Assembly (NCBI GenBank): GCA_965199955.1
Contig: CBDATQ010000001.1
Coordinates: 640,001-704,000, forward strand
Direction: 5' to 3'
Origin: Spirochaetia bacterium
GTDB taxonomy: Bacteria; Spirochaetota; Spirochaetia; SZUA-6; Bin103
Length of the DNA stretch: 64,000 bases
This document shows positions 57,847 to 64,000 of this stretch, piece by piece. Position 1 is the stretch's first letter. Every line of letters starts with the position of its first letter. The translations under genes were made by a program, and so were the position numbers. The notes beneath the pieces were generated by a model. The model was not told the origin of the DNA and did no database searches. It was given only the letters and a program-made list of their open reading frames with translations.

Positions 57847-59301
57847 TTGGCGCGCGCGGCCGAATTGGCGCGCGCCAACGCGGCGCAAATCGACCTTGTC
57901 GAGTTGCGGGCCGACTTCCTGGACGACGGGGAATTGGCCCTGCTCTCCAGATTCCCGGCGATGGTCGGGATGCCGGCCATCCTCACCATCCGGCGAACTG
58001 TCGAAGGCGGCAGGTTCCCCAAGGACGAGCGATCACGCCGGAGCCTGATCGGTGCCGCCGCCGGCGCGTACCGTTACGTTGACCTGGAGTCCGATGTGGA
58101 CCGCTCGTTCGATGAGCTGGTACCCGCGGGCACCAAGGTGATCCGGTCCCTGCACGACACCACCGGCGTTCCGGACCGGATCGAACGGGTGATGCGCGAC
58201 CTTCCCCGCACGGGGCGAGAGATCGCCAAGGCGGCCGTGACGCCGCGCACGGGCAGCGAGATGGTGGACCTGTTCGAGTGCGCGCGGCGGTTGGGAGCAC
58301 CGTCCCCGGACACTCCTGCACGTATCTTGCTGGGCATGGGACGGTTCGGGCTCCCTACCCGGATTCTGGCGGCCCACCTGGGCAACTTCCTCACGTTCTG
58401 TTCGCGTGCAGGACGCTCCGCGGCTCCCGGCCACCTCGACCCGGAGACCATGATCGAGCTCTACCGGTTTCCCTCCATCCATGCGGGCACGCGCGTCCTG
58501 GGAGTGATCGGCACGCCGCTGTCACATTCGCGGTCGCCGCACATCCACAACCCGGCGCTCGCCGCGTCGGGGGTCGACGCCGTCTACGTGCCGATCGAGC
58601 TGGACGATCTGTCGGAGCTGGAGCGCCTGGCGCGGCTCCTGCCGCTTGACGGCTGTTCGGTGACCATTCCGCACAAGGGCGATGCCGCCCGCGTGTCGGA
58701 CGCCGCGCCGATGGTGCGGCGGGTGGGCGCGTGCAACACGCTGGTGCGAACCCGCACGGGGTGGCGCGGCGAGAATACCGACGTCCACGGCTTCCTGGCG
58801 CCGCTCCGCGAACGGTCGATCGTTCCCCGTCGCGCGACCGTTATCGGCGCCGGCGGGGCGGCACGGGCAGTCGCGTTCGCGCTGCGCTCGCTCGGTACCG
58901 AGGTGTTGATTCTCAACCGGACCGAGCAGCGCGCGCAGTCCCTGGCGCGAGACTGCGGCGGGACGGCAGGCGCTCTGGATGCCGCGGGGCTGGCGCGGGT
59001 GTCCGGGCACAGCGAGTTGATCGTCCAGACCACGAGCGTGGGGCTGCCCGACAATCCCGGCGATCCGTTGGCGGCGTACTCCTTTCGTGGACATGAGCTG
59101 GTCTATGATCTGGTCTACGGCGAGGGGCTGACGCCGATACTCGGGCGAGCTCGTGAGGCGGGATGCGCGGTCATTGACGGCGGCCGGATGCTGGCCGAGC
59201 AGGCGTACGAGCAGTTTCGCCTGTTCACCGGCCGTGCGTTTCCCGACAGCGCGAAGCTTCCGGCGGAGCCTTCCGCGAGCGCCGCGACCCGCGACCGCTG
59301 A
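57847..59301 (+). CDS. Bifunctional type I 3-dehydroquinate dehydratase / shikimate dehydrogenase (AroD-AroE)
   Basis: VELRADFL, SLHD, APGH; HSRSPHIHN, SVTIPHK, NTD, IGAGGAAR, NRT, YDLVY. Confidence 0.92.
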   Translation: MARAAELARANAAQIDLVELRADFLDDGELALLSRFPAMVGMPAILTIRRTVEGGRFPKDERSRRSLIGAAAGAYRYVDLESDVDRSFDELVPAGTKVIRSLHDTTGVPDRIERVMRDLPRTGREIAKAAVTPRTGSEMVDLFECARRLGAPSPDTPARILLGMGRFGLPTRILAAHLGNFLTFCSRAGRSAAPGHLDPETMIELYRFPSIHAGTRVLGVIGTPLSHSRSPHIHNPALAASGVDAVYVPIELDDLSELERLARLLPLDGCSVTIPHKGDAARVSDAAPMVRRVGACNTLVRTRTGWRGENTDVHGFLAPLRERSIVPRRATVIGAGGAARAVAFALRSLGTEVLILNRTEQRAQSLARDCGGTAGALDAAGLARVSGHSELIVQTTSVGLPDNPGDPLAAYSFRGHELVYDLVYGEGLTPILGRAREAGCAVIDGGRMLAEQAYEQFRLFTGRAFPDSAKLPAEPSASAATRDR

Positions 59302-59318
59302 CCGACCGGTCGTTCCCG

Positions 59319-59897
59319 ATGGTGGTAGGAGTCGCCGGCAAGCTCGGCTCCGGCAAGAGTTCCGTCGCGGGCTTGCTTGGGGATGCCGGCTGGCGCGTGA
59401 TCGACGTCGACCTGTTGGGACACCGGGCGCTGGTCACGGAACGCGACCGCATCGTCGACGTGTTTGGCCGGGGCGTCCTGGATTCCGAGGGATGGATCGA
59501 TCGCCGGCGCCTGGGGCCGTTGGTGTTCGCCAACGCGGATGCCAGGCGCCGCCTGGACGTGATCGTCCATCCCGTGATGGTGCGCAGCGTGAAGACCCTG
59601 GTGGAGGCCGATCCGAGCCGAACCGCCATCGACGCGGCACTGTTGAATCCCATGGGGCTCGACGCGCTCTGCGATCTCGTGCTGTGGGTGCACGCTCCGT
59701 TGCTGCTCCGCCTGTACCGCGTGCTGGTGGTCGACCGGAAACCGAGGGCCACCGTGCTCGGGGCCATGTGGGCCCAACGCGGCCGGCGGCTCAAGCGTCC
59801 CGTGGGGGGCGTCGATACACGTAGAGTCTCGCGTCGCACCATCTACAACGGGGCGACGCGAGGGATACTCCGGCGCCAGATCGAGCTCATCCTCTAG
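59319..59897 (+). CDS. coaE: Dephospho-CoA kinase
   Basis: GVAGKLGSGKS, DVDLLGH, IDRRRLGPLVF, IVHP. Confidence 0.88.
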   Translation: MVVGVAGKLGSGKSSVAGLLGDAGWRVIDVDLLGHRALVTERDRIVDVFGRGVLDSEGWIDRRRLGPLVFANADARRRLDVIVHPVMVRSVKTLVEADPSRTAIDAALLNPMGLDALCDLVLWVHAPLLLRLYRVLVVDRKPRATVLGAMWAQRGRRLKRPVGGVDTRRVSRRTIYNGATRGILRRQIELIL

Positions 59898-59921
59898 CGC
59901 CGGCGACGATGGAGGCAACGC

Positions 59922-60596
59922 ATGAACAGGCAAGCGGCTGATACACAACGGATTCTCTGGGCGGTCGTGGCTGTCAGCCTTCTGGTCATCATCGTGCTGG
60001 CCGGGGGACTCTACTTCCTCCGGCCGCGCGGCGCGGAGGCGACCGAAGTCGCGGTGACCGAACCCGACGAGTCCGCGTTCGATCCGTTCGAGTACGTACG
60101 AAGCGACCAGGAGACCCCGGGACTGCAGGAGACGACGGAGTCCCCGCGGCAGGTAACGCTGGTGGTGGGCGACGTCCAGTCGCAGGCATCGAGCGAGTCA
60201 CCGATGACAGGCCCGGCTTCAACGCCGCAGACTTCGCAGACTGCGCCGACTCCCGCCGTGGTGACGCCGGCAACGGTGACGCAGTCGCCGGCGTCCGTCT
60301 CTCGAGCCCCGGTCCCGGCAGCGCCTCCCGCCGCACCCGCGCCGCGGGCAACCGGCGACTTCCAATACTGGATTCAGGTCGGCTCGTTTTCCTCCCGATC
60401 ACGAGCCGACGACCTGCACAACCTGTTGGCCGACCTGGGCTATGCCGGACGCATCACCGCCCACGACACCGACGGCGTCACCATGCACCGGGTGCGGATC
60501 GGCCCGATAGGATCTCGTCCGGAAGCCGACCTGATGCTTGGAAAACTGCGGACTACCAACGAGATGGACGGCTGGATCGCGCAGGTGAGAGGTTAG
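59922..60596 (+). CDS. SPOR-domain membrane protein (FtsN/DedD-like)
   Basis: N-terminal TM helix, Pro/Thr linker, WIQVGSF..HRVRIGP. Confidence 0.85.
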   Translation: MNRQAADTQRILWAVVAVSLLVIIVLAGGLYFLRPRGAEATEVAVTEPDESAFDPFEYVRSDQETPGLQETTESPRQVTLVVGDVQSQASSESPMTGPASTPQTSQTAPTPAVVTPATVTQSPASVSRAPVPAAPPAAPAPRATGDFQYWIQVGSFSSRSRADDLHNLLADLGYAGRITAHDTDGVTMHRVRIGPIGSRPEADLMLGKLRTTNEMDGWIAQVRG

Positions 60597-60659
60597 GCGG
60601 CTTGGCAAGCGTGCTGCACCGGCGTCCAGGCCCGGCGCAAGCATCGGATGAGAACGGAT

Positions 60660-60688
60660 TTGCCAATCCGGATGGCGGCGGCTATGGT
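60660..60688 (+). promoter_or_regulatory. Sigma70-type promoter of the nitroreductase-his operon
   Basis: TTGCCA-17 nt-TATGGT; ATG follows after 8 nt. Confidence 0.6.
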
Positions 60689-60696
60689 GTATCGAT

Positions 60697-61206
60697 ATGG
60701 CACTGCTGCCGGTGATCGCGGAACGGCGTAGCTGTCTGCGCTTCGACGGGCGGGTTGTCGCCACCGCCAAGCTCGACCAGATCATCGAAGCGGGGCGTCG
60801 GGCGCCTTCGGCGAAGAACCGGCAGGAGTGGCGCTTCATCGTCATACGCAAGCCCGACCTCCGCGACAAGGTCGCGGCGGCGGCGTTCCGTGAGCAGAAC
60901 GTGGGCACGGCCCCCGTGGTGATCGCCGCGTGCACGACGAACGTCGACTACATGATGCCCAACGGGCAGTGCTCGCACCCGATCGATCTGGCGGTAGCCG
61001 CCACGTTCATGGCGCTGCAGGCAGAGGAAGAAGGCCTGCAGAGCTGTTTCATCACGACGTTCGACGAGCAGGAGGTCAAGGACCTGCTGAGCGTGCCGCA
61101 TCGCATGCGGGTGGTGCTGTTGCTGGTGCTGGGCTACGCGGCGGAAGCGACGCCGCGGCACCCTCGCAAACCGCTCCAGCAGATCGTCTCCTACGACCAC
61201 TGGTGA
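60697..61206 (+). CDS. Nitroreductase family protein
   Basis: RRSCLRF, APSAKNRQEWRF, GLQSC, LGY. Confidence 0.9.
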   Translation: MALLPVIAERRSCLRFDGRVVATAKLDQIIEAGRRAPSAKNRQEWRFIVIRKPDLRDKVAAAAFREQNVGTAPVVIAACTTNVDYMMPNGQCSHPIDLAVAATFMALQAEEEGLQSCFITTFDEQEVKDLLSVPHRMRVVLLLVLGYAAEATPRHPRKPLQQIVSYDHW

Positions 61207-61246
61207 GAATCGGGCTCCACGCCAGCTCCGTTCCCACGCCGATGGC

Positions 61247-62323
61247 ATGAGCGCCTACCTGCAGGCGCCGCGCGCGGGCGGCGGACTGCTATTCGGACGG
61301 GCCACCGCCCGCCGCCGGCTGCGCGAGGGGCTGCTTGATCTGTTCGCCCTGTGGGGATACCGGCTCGTGGAGACGCCGGTGTTCGACTATTTCGAAGCGT
61401 TCCGGCCCGTGCTCGACCCCGAGATGCTGGAGCGGGTGTACCGGCTGATCGATCGCGACGGGGAGCTGCTGCTGGTCCGCTCAGACGTCACGCTGTTCGC
61501 GGCCCGACTGGCGGCACGCACCATGCCCCGCGCCGAGCTGCCGCTGCGGCTGTGCTACGCGGATTCGGTCGTCCGGCACGAGGATGCCGAGAGCATCTCC
61601 CACAACGAGTCGTATCAGGTGGGCGCCGAGCTGATCGGCCGATCCGGCGTGGACGCCGACACCGAGATCATCGCGCTGTGCCTGCGTGCGCTGGAGCACG
61701 CCGGCGTCCGCGGCGTGGCGTTGCATGTCGGATCGCGCGCCGTGTTCGACGGCTGCTACGCGGAGGTGCCTGAAGACGTTTTCGTCGAGCTTCGCGGAGC
61801 AATCCGCGACCGGGAGTGGGCCGCGCTACGGCAGTGTTCGTCCGCGGCCGGCGTGGCACATGCGGACGCGCTCGCGGAGCTGTTCGCGATGATCGGCGAC
61901 GTCCGGGAGCTCGAGGACCGGGTCGCCGAGCTCGGAGACCGCCTGCCGGACGCCGCACGCAAGGCGGTCGCCCACTTGGTGGTGGTGGCCGATGCGCTCG
62001 GCACGCTGGATTTGCCCCCCGTCCGACTGGATCTTTCGGAGCTGGGCGCCCAGTCCTACTACTCCGGGATCGTCATGTCGGCCTACGTCGCCGGCGCAGG
62101 CGGCCCGGTCGCCGTCGGTGGCCGCTACGACGGTCTGCTCGGGCGATTCGGGGGCGAGTGTCCATCAACCGGGTTCGCGCTGCTGCTCGGACGTGTGGAG
62201 AGGCACGCGCGCCGCGTCGAGGTCACGGCCGAGGAGCCCGTGGACCTGAGCGGCAGCCCGTTCACGGCCACCTACCGGCGGGCCGAGGCGTTGCGCGCGC
62301 GTGGACGCGCCGCGATCCAGTAG
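61247..62323 (+). CDS. hisZ: ATP phosphoribosyltransferase regulatory subunit
   Basis: WGYRLVETP, RSDVT, YQVGAELIG, YYSG, GGRYDGL; upstream of short hisG. Confidence 0.88.
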   Translation: MSAYLQAPRAGGGLLFGRATARRRLREGLLDLFALWGYRLVETPVFDYFEAFRPVLDPEMLERVYRLIDRDGELLLVRSDVTLFAARLAARTMPRAELPLRLCYADSVVRHEDAESISHNESYQVGAELIGRSGVDADTEIIALCLRALEHAGVRGVALHVGSRAVFDGCYAEVPEDVFVELRGAIRDREWAALRQCSSAAGVAHADALAELFAMIGDVRELEDRVAELGDRLPDAARKAVAHLVVVADALGTLDLPPVRLDLSELGAQSYYSGIVMSAYVAGAGGPVAVGGRYDGLLGRFGGECPSTGFALLLGRVERHARRVEVTAEEPVDLSGSPFTATYRRAEALRARGRAAIQ

Positions 62324-62327
62324 GGCC

Positions 62328-62972
62328 GTGCCGGACGCCGGCGGCGAGCCCGCGCTGAGCATCGCCCTGCCGAAGACTGACCGGCTGCTGGCGGCGATAC
62401 TGGAACGTTTCAAGGCGGTGGGCCACGAGCTGGCGTTCGGCCCGCGTGAGCTGATGGCCGAGGACAAGAGCGGACGAATGCGGGCGATGCTGGTGCGCAA
62501 CCATGACCTGCCCATCTACGTCGATCACGGGATCGTCGGCTTGGGGATCTGCGGCAGCGACGTGATCGGCGAGGCGGACGGCCGTTTCCTGCGCCTGCAC
62601 CGCTTCGACTTTCGTGGCGGCATGTTCTGCCTGGCCGCCGCGCGCGGCAGCACGCTGGAGCGGATCCTCGCCGATGGCAGCGAGTTGACGATCGCCACCT
62701 CGTATCCGCGTTTCGCCCGCGGGTACTTCAGCCGCCGGGGGGTACCCACGCAGATCATCCGGCTGACCGGGTCGGTGGAGTTGGCGCCCGTCCTGGGGTT
62801 GGCTCCCTGCATCGTCGACATCGTCGAGACCGGGGCCACGCTGGCGGCGCAGGGGCTGGAGGTCATCGAGCGGATGGAGCCGACGGCGGTCTACTTGATC
62901 GCCAACCCCGCCTACTATAAGTTGCGGTTTCGTGCGGTCGACCGGCTGGTGAGCCGGCTGGCCGCGCGCTGA
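62328..62972 (+). CDS. hisG: ATP phosphoribosyltransferase (short form)
   Basis: IALPK, DLPIYV, IATSYP, GSVELAP, IVDIVETGATL. Confidence 0.93.
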   Translation: MPDAGGEPALSIALPKTDRLLAAILERFKAVGHELAFGPRELMAEDKSGRMRAMLVRNHDLPIYVDHGIVGLGICGSDVIGEADGRFLRLHRFDFRGGMFCLAAARGSTLERILADGSELTIATSYPRFARGYFSRRGVPTQIIRLTGSVELAPVLGLAPCIVDIVETGATLAAQGLEVIERMEPTAVYLIANPAYYKLRFRAVDRLVSRLAAR

Positions 62973-62976
62973 TCCG

Positions 62977-63582
62977 ATGGCCGCCCGGCAGTACTCCTTC
63001 GAACGCAGCACCAGGGAGACGGAGGTGGCGGTGCGCCTGGACCTGGACCCCACGGATGCGGGGAGCGTCCCGGTGGTCGAGGTGTCCACCGGGGTGCCGT
63101 TCTTCGATCACATGCTGCACGCGATGGGGTTTCACGGCGGCTTGGGCCTGCAGATCACGGCGTCCGGAGACCTGGAGGTGGATGCCCACCACGTCGTGGA
63201 GGATGTGGGCATCGTGCTGGGCGAATGCCTGTTCCGGGCGATGGATCAAGGCACGCCGCTCACCCGCTTCGGGCATGCGGTGGTGCCGATGGACGATGCC
63301 TTGGCGGAGGTGACCGTCGATGCCGGCGGCCGCTCCCACTGCCGGTTCGACGCGGCGTTTCCTCAGGAACGAGCGGGTGACTTCGATGTCTGGCTGCTGT
63401 GCGAGTTCTTCACGGCCCTGGCCGGGCGGGCGCGCATCAACGTCCATGCTGCGGCCAGGTACGGCGACAACTCCCACCACATGGCCGAAGCGTTGTGCAA
63501 GGCGCTGGGCCGCGCCCTGGGCCAGGCATTCCGGACGGCTCCGGGACGGGAGCCGCGCTCCACGAAGGGCCGGGTCGTCTAG
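62977..63582 (+). CDS. hisB: Imidazoleglycerol-phosphate dehydratase
   Basis: FFDHML, GDLEVDAHHVVED, PMDDAL, NSHHMAEA, STKG. Confidence 0.95.
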   Translation: MAARQYSFERSTRETEVAVRLDLDPTDAGSVPVVEVSTGVPFFDHMLHAMGFHGGLGLQITASGDLEVDAHHVVEDVGIVLGECLFRAMDQGTPLTRFGHAVVPMDDALAEVTVDAGGRSHCRFDAAFPQERAGDFDVWLLCEFFTALAGRARINVHAAARYGDNSHHMAEALCKALGRALGQAFRTAPGREPRSTKGRVV

Positions 63583-63683
63583 GCCGAAGTTCCAGGAGCG
63601 AAAACGCCAGTCAGCATGCAGATCACCTTGCAAATAATTTCCTTCAAATAAGTTACGAGAGATTCACGCTCTGGAATTTCGGT
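63583..63683. mobile_element. 101-bp MITE-like insertion flanked by CTAG direct repeats
   Basis: Terminal IR GCCGAAGTTCCAG / CTGGAATTTCGGT (11/13); CTAG at 63579-63582 and 63684-63687; AT-rich interior. Confidence 0.65.
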
Positions 63684-64000
63684 CTAGCCTCGGGAGGCGG
63701 GCTCCAACACCGCGCGGATGCGCCGCACGCCGCCCGATGACGACTGCTCCTTGACGATCCTGAACGCGCCGAGCTCGCCGGTACGGCTCGCGTGCGGCCC
63801 GCCGCACACCTCCTGGGAGTAGTCGCCGATCGAGTAGACCTTCACGTCCTCCTGGTACTTCTCGCCGAACAGGGCGATGGCGCCGCCGTCCAGAGCGTCC
63901 TGCAGCTTCATCACCTGCATGCTGATCGGCAGATCCTCGGCGATGCGGTCGTTGACGGTGGCCTGGACGCGCGCGACCTCCTCCTGGGACATCGGCGTGC
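63684..64000 (-). CDS. alaS: Alanine--tRNA ligase C-terminus, partial (short form lacking C-Ala)
   Basis: GAIALFGEKY..VKVYSIG..EVCGGPH..GVRRIRAVL followed shortly by the stop. Confidence 0.9.
   Translation of the reverse strand, partial: TPMSQEEVARVQATVNDRIAEDLPISMQVMKLQDALDGGAIALFGEKYQEDVKVYSIGDYSQEVCGGPHASRTGELGAFRIVKEQSSSGGVRRIRAVLEPASRG

Overview
High-GC bacterial chromosomal segment with about 55 CDS and no rRNA, tRNA, CRISPR array or intact transposase. A Spirochaetota origin is inferred from the short AlaRS ending GVRRIRAVLE and the msmX-LysM-aroDE-coaE-SPOR block; the Na+-NQR suggests a marine or saline niche. Left to right: SelA-like PLP enzyme (partial), rpmE2/rpmB, TauD, mog, Ser/Thr dehydratase, FAD/Fe-S oxidoreductase, acnA, an accessory stretch (Phd-VapC, AAA+/VWA pair, osmC, MNT-HEPN, gene remnants, candidate structured RNA), aspS, thioredoxin-like genes, ribA, LOG, MoxR, a Moco operon followed by two tandem msrPQ pairs, clpB, nqrABCDEF, polyprenyl synthase, a degenerate E2-like protein, ndk, a nitrogen cluster, an aminotransferase, ABC genes, a LysM protein with 108-bp tandem repeats, aroDE, coaE, SPOR, nitroreductase, hisZGB and alaS (partial). 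The best candidate for an undescribed system is the nitrogen cluster (42.1-51.1 kb). glnA and amtB-glnK each have a sigma54-type promoter preceded by phased copies of the same CCTAC-N6-GTAGG palindrome. A NifA-like GAF-AAA+ activator sits next to amtB with no nif genes in the window, the PII protein has Thr in place of the uridylylated Tyr51, and GlnE carries a GlnD-like ACT pair at its N-terminus. Together these suggest a GlnD/NtrBC-independent nitrogen-control circuit. All calls come from motif recognition by eye; no database searches were run.
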